From Alphaproteobacteria bacterium (lineage in GTDB: Bacteria > Pseudomonadota > Alphaproteobacteria > UBA8317): a stretch of DNA of 64,000 nucleotides. Positions 20,964-31,549 of the stretch are shown one piece after another; the first letter of the stretch is position 1, and every line of letters begins with the position of its first letter. Under the pieces are notes generated by a model. It searched no databases, had not been told where the DNA came from, and saw only the letters and a list, made by a program, of their open reading frames with translations. The stretch covers positions 61,478 through 125,477 of the forward strand of contig JAYPQH010000022.1 of NCBI GenBank assembly GCA_038131935.1. The letters run 5' to 3'. Both the position numbers and the translations under genes were made by a program.

Positions 20964-23234
20964 ATGTCTGATAATGTGAAAATTTCTGACGAAGAAGCGT
21001 TGCGCTTTCATGCACAAGGAAAGCCTGGAAAATTAGAAATTGTTCCAACCAAACCCATGGCCACCCAGCGTGATTTATCGCTTGCTTACTCACCTGGTGT
21101 TGCCGTTCCCGTACAGGCTATTGCTGACAACCCGGACCTCGCATTTGATTATACCACGAGGGGCAACACGGTAGCCGTTATTTCTAATGGTTCAGCCATT
21201 TTGGGTATGGGTGACCTGGGCGCACTGGCTTCCAAACCGGTTATGGAAGGAAAAGCCGTCCTTTTTAAGCGGTTTGCTGATGTTGATTCAATCGATCTTG
21301 AGGTCGACACCCACGACGTTGATGAATTTATCAATGCTGTAAAATTACTTGGACCATCTTTTGGTGGTATCAATCTAGAAGATATTAAAGCACCTGATTG
21401 CTTCATCATAGAGCAGCGACTGCGTGAACTTATGGACATTCCTGTGTTCCATGATGACCAACATGGTACGGCCATCATCGCAGCAGCTGGGTTGATCAAT
21501 GCTATTCATTTGACCGGTCGAAAAATGGAAGACCTAAAAATTGTCTCGAATGGTGCTGGCGCAGCATCTATTGCTTGCGTCGAACTTATCAAAGCGATGG
21601 GGGTTCCACACGAAAATATTTTATTGTGCGATAGGAAAGGGGTTATCTACCAAGGTCGAGAAGAGTCCATGAATCAGTGGAAATCAGCTCACGCCGTCCA
21701 AACTGAAGCCAGATCTTTGGAAGATGCGTTGAAAGGCGCTGACGTTTTCTTGGGCTTGTCCGTTGCAGGTGCGTTAACTCCAGACATGGTCACAAGCATG
21801 GCTGAGCAGCCTATTATTTTTGCTATGGCCAATCCTATTCCAGAAATCATGCCCGAGGAAGCCAAGAAGGTGAGACCAGATGCAATCATCGCGACAGGTC
21901 GTTCGGATTATCCAAACCAAGTAAATAATGTTCTTGGCTTTCCTTATATTTTCCGTGGTGCACTAGACGTACGTGCCACAACGATCAATGAGGAAATGAA
22001 AATCGCTGCTGCAGAATCCCTAGCAAAACTTGCCCGAGAAGATGTTCCAGATGAAGTCGCCAGCGCTTATGCTGGGGCGCGACCCAAATATGGTCCAGAT
22101 TATATCATTCCCGCCCCCTTCGACCCTAGACTCATCTCTACGGTTCCTGTTGCGGTGGCTGAAGCCGCAGTAAGAACGGGCGTTGCAAGAAAAAATCTTG
22201 AGGACCGTGAACGCTATGCAACAGAACTATCCGCAAGACTAGATCCTACCGTCTCTTCATTGCAGAGCATTATTAGTAAAGTACAGCAAAATCCAAAACG
22301 GATCGTTTTCGCTGAAGGCGAAGAAGAGCAAGTTATCCGCGCAGCGTTATCGTTCAGAGATAATGGATTGGGTACCCCAATTTTGGTTGGTCGTGAGCAT
22401 CGTATTCGAGAAACCATGCTTGCTGCTGGTTTGGATAGGCTTGATGGCGTTGAAATTTATAACGCGCGCGTGTCTGATAAACGTGCTGATTATGCAAATT
22501 TCTTGTACGAACGGTTACAACGGCAAGGCATGCTGATGCGGGATTGTCAGCGCTTAGTGAATACGGACCGAAATATTTTTGCAGCTTGTATGGTTGCTCA
22601 AGGCGATGCAGATGGCATGGTAACGGGTGTCACAAGAAATACATCAGCAGTCATCAGCGATGTTTTACGTGTCATTGACCCCCTTCCTGGAAAAAAATTG
22701 ATGGGTGCTACTTTGGTGGTTGCCCGCGGCCGTACATTTTTGGTGTCCGACACATTAATCCACGAGCTTCCACAAGCCCAAGACTTGGTTCACATTGCAG
22801 AAATGTCAGCACAAATGGCACGGCGTTTTGGTTTAGAACCACGCGTAGCGATGCTGGCTTACTCAAATTTTGGCCAACCTGAAGGTGAACGCTCTCGTCA
22901 TGTTCGTGAAGCGGTTCGTTTGTTAGACGCAAGAAATGTGGACTTCGAGTATGAAGGTGAGATGTCGCCGTCTGTTGCGCTCGACTTTGAACTATCCAAC
23001 AATAGTTACCCATTTTCGCGACTAACCGGTCCTGCCAATGTCTTGGTCATGCCCGCGATTCATTCTGCTGCTATTGGGACAAAGTTGTTGCAAAAATTGG
23101 GAGGTGCCACCTTAATTGGCCCACTGTTGGTTGGTCTATCCAAACCTGTTCAATGCGCGCCTATGGGTGCAACAGTGTCGGATTTGGTAAACCTTGCTGC
23201 ACTCACAGCCTACGAACTGAATGATAAGGCCTGA
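20964..23234 (+). CDS. maeB: NADP-dependent malic enzyme with PTA-like domain
   Basis: LSLAYSPGVA, KPVMEGK, FHDDQHGT, ATGRSDYPNQVNN, C-terminal RIVFAEGEE. Confidence 0.97.
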   Translation: MSDNVKISDEEALRFHAQGKPGKLEIVPTKPMATQRDLSLAYSPGVAVPVQAIADNPDLAFDYTTRGNTVAVISNGSAILGMGDLGALASKPVMEGKAVLFKRFADVDSIDLEVDTHDVDEFINAVKLLGPSFGGINLEDIKAPDCFIIEQRLRELMDIPVFHDDQHGTAIIAAAGLINAIHLTGRKMEDLKIVSNGAGAASIACVELIKAMGVPHENILLCDRKGVIYQGREESMNQWKSAHAVQTEARSLEDALKGADVFLGLSVAGALTPDMVTSMAEQPIIFAMANPIPEIMPEEAKKVRPDAIIATGRSDYPNQVNNVLGFPYIFRGALDVRATTINEEMKIAAAESLAKLAREDVPDEVASAYAGARPKYGPDYIIPAPFDPRLISTVPVAVAEAAVRTGVARKNLEDRERYATELSARLDPTVSSLQSIISKVQQNPKRIVFAEGEEEQVIRAALSFRDNGLGTPILVGREHRIRETMLAAGLDRLDGVEIYNARVSDKRADYANFLYERLQRQGMLMRDCQRLVNTDRNIFAACMVAQGDADGMVTGVTRNTSAVISDVLRVIDPLPGKKLMGATLVVARGRTFLVSDTLIHELPQAQDLVHIAEMSAQMARRFGLEPRVAMLAYSNFGQPEGERSRHVREAVRLLDARNVDFEYEGEMSPSVALDFELSNNSYPFSRLTGPANVLVMPAIHSAAIGTKLLQKLGGATLIGPLLVGLSKPVQCAPMGATVSDLVNLAALTAYELNDKA

Positions 23235-23267
23235 CATCTTCTCTGACTTAAAAAGTAAAGATGTCAG
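23231..23267. terminator. Hairpin between convergent maeB and olsB
   Basis: Perfect 10-bp inverted repeat CTGACATCTT ... AAGATGTCAG followed by TTT. Confidence 0.55.
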
Positions 23268-23302
23268 TTTATGATGCCTAAAATGACAGTGACGTTGGGA
23301 TA

Positions 23303-24100
23303 TTAACTGTCCCAACGTTCAAAATGCTGTTGGTAGCGATCTGGCACATTTTCCATGAGTAAAATGATCAGCACATCCGTGGTATTGAACTGGTGATCCA
23401 CAACGGCACCTTCACCAATGTAACCACCCAAACGAAGGTATCCCTTAATGAGAGGAGGTAGTTGCGGAAGTGCCATCTTCATACTGACAACTTCATCCAA
23501 AATATTCATATTCACATATCGCTCAGCGATCGCTCTCGCCCGCCAGGCAGGAGGGGCTAAGCAAGATTGATGCAGAAAACTCAGAGGGAGAGCGAGGTCT
23601 TTTGGTTCCGTGCCATGCAAACTCGCGCATCCAAACAACAACCCTATATCATGATGAATGATATATTGATGGATGCCCCGCCAGAGAAGTTGAACCACGG
23701 GATTGGTTCTATAATCTGCGCGAACACATGATCGGCCTAATTCCAGTAAACGCAAACCAGAGCGCTCAGACTCAGACACAAGCTGCGATAAATCATATTC
23801 ATCCCTTGAATAAAATCCACCATGCTGCTCAGCAATTTCACCCCTAAGAAGTCGGTACGTACCTACAACCCCATCTCCATCTAAGTCTGCATCAAGTACC
23901 AGCAAATGATCACAAATTTCGTCATATGGATCCCGATCCAGCCGAGAAGACGCAGCGTCCAGATCTGCTTTTGCTGCCATTTCCTCATAAAAAACCTCAT
24001 AGCGAAGTCTTTGAGCTGCACGAACTTCGTTCACGTCTCGAGCCAAACGAACCGTCAAACTACCCAGTGATGCGGAAACTAGGTCATTTTTCTCATTCAT
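23303..24100 (-). CDS. olsB: GNAT family ornithine-acyl-ACP N-acyltransferase (OlsB-like)
   Basis: AQRLRYEVFYEE, DPYDEICDHLLV, VGTYRLL, LELGRSCV, LPPLIKGYLRLG, VDHQFNTTD; next to malic enzyme-mutS-glnD as in S. meliloti. Confidence 0.85.
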   Translation of the reverse strand: MNEKNDLVSASLGSLTVRLARDVNEVRAAQRLRYEVFYEEMAAKADLDAASSRLDRDPYDEICDHLLVLDADLDGDGVVGTYRLLRGEIAEQHGGFYSRDEYDLSQLVSESERSGLRLLELGRSCVRADYRTNPVVQLLWRGIHQYIIHHDIGLLFGCASLHGTEPKDLALPLSFLHQSCLAPPAWRARAIAERYVNMNILDEVVSMKMALPQLPPLIKGYLRLGGYIGEGAVVDHQFNTTDVLIILLMENVPDRYQQHFERWDS

Positions 24101-24174
24101 GGTCGCTACATTTCTTTCTCATCAAGCCAACAAGTCCTCAAAGCCCGCATTGATTATCATTGTTTTCTAACCAA

Positions 24175-25124
24175 TTACCCAGCATGTTTCTCACCATGGC
24201 GCACCACAATTTTATCCCAGATCATTGCAGCAGAATTTATTTCATCAAAACGGTCAAGCTCTTGCAAACCAGTCGGTGAAGTCACATTAATTTCTGTGAT
24301 AAAATGTCCTATCACATCAATACCAACAAACACGAGGCCTTGCTGACGCAATAGAGGACCAATGGCCGCACAAATTTCTAAATCTCTCTCGGTCAACTGT
24401 ACTTTTTCAGCGCGACCACCAACATGCATATTTGAACGAGCCTCTCCTGGCTGTGGTACGCGATTGATTGCGCCAATAACTTCTCCATCCGCCAAAATGA
24501 TACGTTTATCACCTTGTACAACGTCCGGGAGGTATTGCTGGACCATAAGTGATTCGCGCGATTGTTGAAAAAACAACTCCAGAAGACTTGATAGGTTTGG
24601 GTCCTGAGGACTTATCTTAAAAACACCTGCACCACCGTTGCCAAACAATGGTTTGACAATAATATCACCGAATTCTCTTCTAAATGCTCTGATATCATCT
24701 ATGTTTCGGGTTACCAATGTTGGTGGCATAAGCTCAGGGTAATGTAATACCAACAATTTTTCCGGTGCATTACGCACTGCTACAGGATCGTTTACCACCA
24801 ATACCTTATCGGTTACATGCTCTAGCAAATGTGTGGTGGTGATATATGACATATCAAAGGCGGATCTTGTCGAAGTAAAATAACATCAAAACCGTCTAAA
24901 GCGAGTGTTTGGGTTGCGCCAAGTCGAGCATGCTGCGGTCCTTCCAAAACCTCAACCTCCTGGCCATGGGCAGATAATACACCATCTCTTAGACATAAAT
25001 CATCTGGATGATAATGAAACAAATCAAAACCGCGTGATTGTGCCTCTCGCATTAAAGCAAATGTCGAGTCACCCTTGGGATCAATATGCATGATAGGATC
25101 CATTTGTACGGCAATCTTCAACAT
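24175..25124 (-). CDS. gshB: Glutathione synthetase (apparent -1 frameshift at 24856-24858)
   Basis: VQMDP, RQDPP(F)[27 protein letters not shown]. Confidence 0.97.
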
Positions 25125-25141
25125 ATTTTGTCCTCTCAGGA

Positions 25142-25942
25142 TTAATTCAACATATGACGTAGCCGTCGCAAAGCTGCTTGCCCTTGTTGACGGATATTGG
25201 GATCATTACTCTGCGCTACCAGATCATTAATCTGCAAGATGGCACGAGAAATCTGTCCAGATCGCCCAGCTGCAAGCTCACGTTCAAGTTTCATATCTTG
25301 TGCCTCAGGTAATATCATGCACATCCGCTCCAACAGCATCATGGCAAAATCATCGTCACCATCTTTAACGGCTCTGTTTTTCATCAGTCTCAACACATGC
25401 ACAAACACCACACGATCATCAAGGACAGTGACATCAGACTCATCGACATGTCGATCATCCCCAGTCAAATGCTGGTATAAGACCCTGAGGTCTCCAGGCT
25501 CCAAAAGTGTAAACATTTGACCAGGGTCCATAAGTGCTTCCTCACCATCATGAGACATGTGCAAGAGATGGGCACCAAAAAAATCTACCGCAACAGCGTC
25601 AATACCTGCCTGCCGTGCAAAGGAAAGAGCAAGAAAATTTAAAATGTCAGGATGTGCTGTGCGTGTTTGAAATATATCTTTTAAACGAACAGCTGGGGAT
25701 GGAGTGACCCTGCGACCTTCAAAATTTTGCGCCATGACTTCAGCCATACCCACAAGCAAACCCGCATGATGGCTTTTCAAGTTTAAATCTATGTTTAGAT
25801 TGTTGATGATCTCGTGAAACCTTTGCTGATCCTCTAAACGGCGACCTTGGAGTGTATCAAGTAACAGTTGAAAAAGATTAACACCAAGCTCACCTTTTCC
25901 AAAGGATTTCAAACGATCTTCAATTTGAATAAATTCACTCAC
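25142..25942 (-). CDS. SirB1-like (transglutaminase-like core plus TPR-like) protein, divergent
   Basis: ARQAGIDAVAVDFFGAHLL..ALMDP resembles the SirB1 GVxFPGHFL..DP block; helical TPR-like C-terminus (LERMCMILP...LERELA). Confidence 0.6.
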   Translation of the reverse strand: MSEFIQIEDRLKSFGKGELGVNLFQLLLDTLQGRRLEDQQRFHEIINNLNIDLNLKSHHAGLLVGMAEVMAQNFEGRRVTPSPAVRLKDIFQTRTAHPDILNFLALSFARQAGIDAVAVDFFGAHLLHMSHDGEEALMDPGQMFTLLEPGDLRVLYQHLTGDDRHVDESDVTVLDDRVVFVHVLRLMKNRAVKDGDDDFAMMLLERMCMILPEAQDMKLERELAAGRSGQISRAILQINDLVAQSNDPNIRQQGQAALRRLRHMLN

Positions 25943-26541
25943 TTTTTGACTTGTCCCTGAACATCGATAAGATCAATGACTTGTCGTACACCTTGTACCC
26001 TTGAAGCAACATCTACAGCTCTTAGATGTTCACGTTCACTGCCAGCAATCCCTAACAAATATACGCGGCCGTTATACACATTTATGGAGTAATTCAGAAC
26101 ATGAACGTCGCTATCACCAAAAAATAAAGTTTCTATGGTTGCCGCAATGGTCTTGTCTATGGTCAGTGTTGCTGAGTCACGTGGCTCTGAGACATATACG
26201 TTCACATATCTGCCTTCCAAAGTTTTTATGTCCACCAAAATATTTTCAAGAATGGTTTGGTCTGCCGGATTAGAAACATGGCCTATAATTAATCCTTTAT
26301 TGTTGAACACCTCAACAACTACACCTTGAAAAATCAATCTATGATTTGTGTAAAGTTTCTCAATGATTTCACCTTTATTTAGCTTATCTTTGGCCAATTG
26401 CTGTCCAGGGATATTAATCTCCCTTAATTCAGGCAAACGTATTTCAGGCATTGAAATATCTGGAAGTTTGAATGCGTATGCGTAATTTGCACCTAAACCT
26501 AGCATGAGCATAGAAACTGCTGTGAACAATCGACCGAACAT
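25939..26541 (-). CDS. Secreted BON-domain protein (DolP/OsmY-like)
   Basis: Signal peptide (AYA-F); two BON-like repeats, NYSINVYNGRVYLLGIA...VQGVRQV. Confidence 0.85.
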   Translation of the reverse strand: MFGRLFTAVSMLMLGLGANYAYAFKLPDISMPEIRLPELREINIPGQQLAKDKLNKGEIIEKLYTNHRLIFQGVVVEVFNNKGLIIGHVSNPADQTILENILVDIKTLEGRYVNVYVSEPRDSATLTIDKTIAATIETLFFGDSDVHVLNYSINVYNGRVYLLGIAGSEREHLRAVDVASRVQGVRQVIDLIDVQGQVKK

Positions 26542-26598
26542 AATGGAAACTCCTGATTCTAAAACTTAACCAAGTCATATCGAAAAAATATCACGAGA

Positions 26599-27445
26599 TC
26601 ACTTTTTTTTGATATCCGTAATGAGAGCATAGATTTCTGAACTGGACCATCGCGATGGCTCTGATAAATGATGTGCAAGTTGTCTAGGCTTATGTGCTGA
26701 TAGATTGTTAACAATGGCTTCTTTCAATCTGTCTTCATCCCAACGATCATTGTTTTGATCCAAAGGTCCTATCAATACAACACATTCACCTTTTGCTGGA
26801 TATAGCTGGTAAAAATCTATAAGTTCCTGCGCAGTACCCCGCCGTACTTGCTCAAAAGTTTTCGTCAATTCTCGCGCAACCACGATCGTTCTTCCAGGCA
26901 TTATTTCTCCCACGGAGAGAAGGAACTCAACCAAACGATGAGGTGCTTCATAAAATATAAGCGTAAATGGAATGGCTTTGGTTGAGCGTAAAAAATTGTT
27001 CTCTCGCCATCTTCTTTGGTGGCGGAAAGCCCAGAAATGCAAATTTATCACTCGGTAAACCAGACAAAACCAACGCGTGAATGGATGCTGTCGCACCAGG
27101 AACACCCATTACAGGAAGACCTTGGTCCACAAGATACCTAACCAGTTTAAAACCAGGATCGGCAATAATAGGGGTGCCTGCGTCAGAGCATAATCCAACA
27201 GCTTGGCCTGCGATGATGTGCTCTGCAATTTTGATGCGCGTGCTCTCACCGGTGTGATCATCATACCGACGCAAAGGTGTCTTGATTTGATAGGCATGAA
27301 GAAGTTTTCGCGTCACGCGTGTATCTTCGCAATAAAGAACGTCAACTGAACGCATTGTTTCTACAGCACGAAAAGAAATATCAGCCAAATTCCCTATTGG
27401 TGTAGCTATGATATGGAGACCTGCTGTAACCTCGTTTTTACCCAC
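26599..27445 (-). CDS. rsmI: 16S rRNA C1402 2'-O-methyltransferase (apparent +1 frameshift at 26990-26995)
   Basis: ATPIGNLADIS, CEDTRVT, SDAGTP.IADPG, FYEAPHR, ARELTKTFE. Confidence 0.96.
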
Positions 27446-27648
27446 TTTCTCTCTCTCCTATTGCCAACAAGAACATCAGAACTATTCAACCCTGTAGCTT
27501 TGAGTAAGCAAAAAATTGACCAACGACGATAAAACTTTCACCATGTACTCCCTGCACCATTTTTCTATGCTATATCAAAAAGCCTAGCCATGATGGTAGC
27601 TGACATGGCAGAGCCATATGATGAATGGTCGGAGGACAACAGATGGTG

Positions 27649-28857
27649 ATGAGAAACAGGTTATTACAGACAATAGGTTTTGTGGTAAGTCTAGGTTTTT
27701 TGATTTCTTGTTCTCAAGAAACGCAACCTGTGACGTCGGTTGCTCCTTTACCAGCGCCTGTAGAAAAACCCACGCCTACACCAATCATTCCACCGAAACC
27801 ACTTTCACCATTGGGGCAAAAAATCGCCCTGCTTTTGCCTGTTGGTGCTGAGGCACCAGCCTTGCGTGCACGGGGTATTGAACTTGAACAGGCAGCTAGA
27901 CTTGCTGCAACATTGTTAAATCTTGATGAACTCTCCATCACCACCTACGATACCAAAGGTGATGTGAGCACAACCAAAGCGGCCATAACGAAAGCGCTTG
28001 ATGACAACAATGATGTCGTCATTGGTCCATTGTTGCGCGAGAATGTAAAAAGTGCTGCGCCCTTTACCAAAAAAGCTCGAATTCCAATGATCGCTTTAAC
28101 AACTGACTCAGATATTGCTGAGCCTGGTGTCTATATTTTTGGAAGAACAATTCACAATGATCTGAAGGAATTGTTTACGTATCTTGCCAAACAAAGACTT
28201 ACCCGAATTGCTATACTTGCACCTGACAATGATTACGGCCTGATGGCGTTTCGTGAAGCCCAAAACCTAGCGCCATCTATGGGATTAGAGGTGATAAGAT
28301 CAGCAGCGGTAACAGGAGATTCAAATCAGGTTTTGGAGCAGCTGAAAGCTTTCACAGATGGACTGCCTAGGGAGAGTTTTGGACCCGTGCCGGACTTTGA
28401 TGTGCTCATCATACCGGCAGGTGTATTTACAATTCAAACTGTCCTACCTGGTTTAATCTATGCAGAATTTCCACTTAAAAATGTTACCCTTGCCGGTTTA
28501 GGACTTTGGGATGACCCCGACGCTTTGTCTGATCAATTGATGCAAGGTGGCATATTTCCCGATGCCGATCCCAGAGCACGGGAAGCCTTCAGACGCAGCT
28601 ATCTAGAAAAATTTGGTTCGGAACCAAGTCGGATTGCTGATCTTGCATTTGACACAACGGCTTTGGTCGGCACACTTGTAAGGCTGGCTCTAGAAAACCC
28701 CACCACATCTTATGAACTTGAAAATGAAGCTGGATACCAAGGCATTAGTGGTCTTTTTAGGTTTGAGCCTGATGGCACAGTTCAGCGCAAACTTTCTATC
28801 AGACGGATCAAAAATGGTCGATTTGAAATCATTCAACCCGCACAAACAAATTTTTAA
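27649..28857 (+). CDS. Penicillin-binding protein activator LpoA/LppC-like lipoprotein
   Basis: Lipobox FLISC, Pro-rich linker, KIALLLP, VIGPLL, GISGLFRF; divergent from rsmI as usual. Confidence 0.88.
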   Translation: MRNRLLQTIGFVVSLGFLISCSQETQPVTSVAPLPAPVEKPTPTPIIPPKPLSPLGQKIALLLPVGAEAPALRARGIELEQAARLAATLLNLDELSITTYDTKGDVSTTKAAITKALDDNNDVVIGPLLRENVKSAAPFTKKARIPMIALTTDSDIAEPGVYIFGRTIHNDLKELFTYLAKQRLTRIAILAPDNDYGLMAFREAQNLAPSMGLEVIRSAAVTGDSNQVLEQLKAFTDGLPRESFGPVPDFDVLIIPAGVFTIQTVLPGLIYAEFPLKNVTLAGLGLWDDPDALSDQLMQGGIFPDADPRAREAFRRSYLEKFGSEPSRIADLAFDTTALVGTLVRLALENPTTSYELENEAGYQGISGLFRFEPDGTVQRKLSIRRIKNGRFEIIQPAQTNF

Positions 28858-28860
28858 AGC

Positions 28861-30021
28861 TTATTTACCATCAGGATTGCATCCCGACCTATGATAAAAG
28901 CAACTATCAATTTCAGGCAAAAGGTACTCCAGGACCATTCGGCCTTGATCAGATAACACCAATTTCTCCTCGGTAAATTGTGCAAGGCATGAAGGGGGAA
29001 CTTTCTCTTCAAGAGCATGTGGATTGATAATCCAACCCAAGTCGCGCAAAGGGGATAAACTGAGCCCCTCATGCAATCTTAAGCCCATCAAAAGTCGTTC
29101 TGTTCGTTCATCCTCTGGCGATAATGGCTCTAGAAGGGTCTGCGCTCTCATCAACCAGTCACGCGGAGAAAGCGGAAGACTTGTTTGAAAAACCTTACCC
29201 TCCATTCTTGGCCTACCATGTGCACCAGGCCCAACTCCTATGTAAGGTAGGTAGCGCCAATATGTCATATTATGCCGGCTTTCTTCACCAAGCTTTGCAA
29301 AATTACTTATTTCATAATGATACATACCCTTGTTTTGACATGACAAAATTGTTTGCTCAAACATGTCAGCACCCAGTTCTTGATCAGGTAAATCAAGTTT
29401 ATTTTGCTCAAATAACCGCTGATAAACTGTACCGGATTCAATGGTTAGCTGATATAATGACAAATGCTCCAATCCAAAATCTAAAACTTCAGAAAGTTCC
29501 TCTTCCCAGTCTGCAAATGACTGCCTGTGGCGCGCATAAATAAGATCTACACTAACACGCTCCACCGTTTCACGTGCAATACGCATAGCCTCACGACCTT
29601 CGTCAGCAGTATGCATGCGGCCCAATTTTTGCAATGCATCATCACGTAATGATTGAATACCGATGGAAAATCTATTTACCCCAGCATGGGCAAAATCTTT
29701 CATACGTTGATTTTCTACAGATGATGGATTGGCTTCTAAAGTTATTTCAACCTGCGGAAGAATAGGCCAAAGTTGATGAACATGGTCCAAGATTTTTGCC
29801 ACAGAGGATGGGTTCATGAGTGATGGGGTACCACCACCAAAAAAAATCGAATGAAGAGGATAACGGTCAAACCGATCATAGGCTTCTTCAAGGTCACGAA
29901 AAATGCGTTTGACGAATTCTTCCTCATCGACTTCACGTTGAACATGTGAATTGAAATCACAGTAAGGGCATTTACTGGCACAATAAGGCCAATGAACATA
30001 AAGTGCCTGGGATAAACTCAA
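28861..30021 (-). CDS. hemW: Radical SAM heme chaperone HemW
   Basis: LYVHWPYCASKCPYCDFNS, FFGGGTPS, EANP, HLSLYQLTIE, YEISN. Confidence 0.95.
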   Translation of the reverse strand: MSLSQALYVHWPYCASKCPYCDFNSHVQREVDEEEFVKRIFRDLEEAYDRFDRYPLHSIFFGGGTPSLMNPSSVAKILDHVHQLWPILPQVEITLEANPSSVENQRMKDFAHAGVNRFSIGIQSLRDDALQKLGRMHTADEGREAMRIARETVERVSVDLIYARHRQSFADWEEELSEVLDFGLEHLSLYQLTIESGTVYQRLFEQNKLDLPDQELGADMFEQTILSCQNKGMYHYEISNFAKLGEESRHNMTYWRYLPYIGVGPGAHGRPRMEGKVFQTSLPLSPRDWLMRAQTLLEPLSPEDERTERLLMGLRLHEGLSLSPLRDLGWIINPHALEEKVPPSCLAQFTEEKLVLSDQGRMVLEYLLPEIDSCFYHRSGCNPDGK

Positions 30022-30617
30022 GAACCAATCTCCGTGAGAATACCATCCTCCAAGAGTTTGTGAAATGCAATTGCCCTGTGTGAAACGGCGTGCTTTTCCT
30101 CTGGCATTATCTCCGCATAGGTTTGCGTCATGCCATGCGCACAGAACATTGGGTCATATCCAAAACCATGACCACCTCGGGGCGGCCAAACGGTATGTCC
30201 ATGGACTTGACCCAAAAATGTTGCGGTTTTCAAACCTGGTCGTGCCACAGCCAGGGCACAAACAAACTGAGCTTGAGACGTCTCCAAGCCCTTGGCTTGA
30301 AGACATTCCTGAACCTTTTTCATCGCAACCGAAAAATCTTTTTCTGGTCCTGCCCAGCGGGCAGAGTAAATACCTGGATCACCATCAAGCGCATCCACAC
30401 AAAAACCACTGTCATCAGCCAATGCAGGCAAATTTGATGCCTGACATGCTGCTTCAGCTTTCAAAATGGCGTTACCAGCAAAATCTGGCGCGGTCTCCTC
30501 TGGTTCAGGCAACCCAAGTTCTCCTGCAGAAATTACTTCTAAACCAAACGGTTGCAGCAAAGCAGAAATTTCTCGTACTTTTCCAGCATTATGCGTGGCA
30601 AGAACTATTCTGTTCAT
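30018..30617 (-). CDS. rdgB: dITP/XTP pyrophosphatase
   Basis: [29 protein letters not shown]. Confidence 0.97.
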   Translation of the reverse strand: MNRIVLATHNAGKVREISALLQPFGLEVISAGELGLPEPEETAPDFAGNAILKAEAACQASNLPALADDSGFCVDALDGDPGIYSARWAGPEKDFSVAMKKVQECLQAKGLETSQAQFVCALAVARPGLKTATFLGQVHGHTVWPPRGGHGFGYDPMFCAHGMTQTYAEIMPEEKHAVSHRAIAFHKLLEDGILTEIGS

Positions 30618-31345
30618 CTCTGCACAGTCGCAATGGCATGTTTTTGAAGAGAAACCAATTCAGAAATCCCTTTCTGAGCAAGCTGCATCAATTGTTCGAA
30701 ATGATCATGAGGAAAGGCTCGGTCCTCAGCAGTGGCTTGGATCTCCACAATGGAACCTTTCTCCGTGAATACAAAATTAGCATCTGCCATGGCTTGAGAG
30801 TCTTCAGCATAATCCAAATCTAACACCGCTTGGTGTTGAAAAATACCACAAGATACCGCAGCAACTGGGTCAATAATAGGTGCGGCTATCAATTTGTCTT
30901 GGGCAACCAGCCAATCCAACGCACAAGCTAATGCCACAAACCCTCCAGTAATGGATGCTGTGCGGGTGCCGCCATCTGCTTGAATAACATCGCAATCAAT
31001 CGTGATCTGCCGCTCACCCATCGCACCTAGATCAACCGATGCACGTAAAGCCCGTCCAATAAGCCGCTGAATTTCAACTGTTCGCCCACCTTGTTTACCA
31101 CTAGCTGCCTCCCGACGGGTGCGCTGCGCTGTTGCCCTTGGAAGCATACCATATTCTGCTGTCACCCAACCACGTGATGTATTTTTTAGAAAAGGTGGTA
31201 CCCGCTCTTCTACAGATGCAGTACATAAAACATGCGTATTTCCCATTTTGATCAAACAGGAGCCCTCAGCCTGTGGTGCATATCCTGCTATCATTTCAAC
31301 ATGACGCAATTGATCAAATTCTCGACCTGATGGACGTTTGCTCAT
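30614..31345 (-). CDS. rph: Ribonuclease PH
   Basis: [43 protein letters not shown]. Confidence 0.98.
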   Translation of the reverse strand: MSKRPSGREFDQLRHVEMIAGYAPQAEGSCLIKMGNTHVLCTASVEERVPPFLKNTSRGWVTAEYGMLPRATAQRTRREAASGKQGGRTVEIQRLIGRALRASVDLGAMGERQITIDCDVIQADGGTRTASITGGFVALACALDWLVAQDKLIAAPIIDPVAAVSCGIFQHQAVLDLDYAEDSQAMADANFVFTEKGSIVEIQATAEDRAFPHDHFEQLMQLAQKGISELVSLQKHAIATVQR

Positions 31346-31549
31346 ACAAAAACCCTTCCCTATTTATTATCTAAGTATCTTTCAGACATCTCTAACTAGG
31401 CCCTATCTGAAGGTATAGCACTTGCCAATGCCATTCTCTTATTGATCAAGAAAAAGCTACCATACATCGTATTTTCCCATTGATAATTGAATTTATCATT
31501 CGATAATGAGAAGACATAATCATAAGTGCTTTCGACTTAGGTAACCAAG

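Noticed and set aside
24146-24164. AATGATAATCA Fur-box-like sequence upstream of olsB
   Set aside because: Only about 13/19 match in AT-rich DNA, with no iron-related context
29566-29581. CGTTTCACGTGCAATA parS-like sequence in hemW
   Set aside because: Only 13/16 with a broken right arm, and 26 kb from oriC
30065-30823. 252-aa plus-strand ORF, and similar long antisense ORFs (1621-2190, 7533-8069, 43229-43762, 57850-58305)
   Set aside because: Shadows of well-conserved genes on the opposite strand with no recognisable motifs
31415-31530. TAGCACT and AGTGCT half-sites upstream of hrcA as a possible CIRCE
   Set aside because: The half-sites are ~100 nt apart rather than 9; there is no TTAGCACTC-N9-GAGTGCTAA
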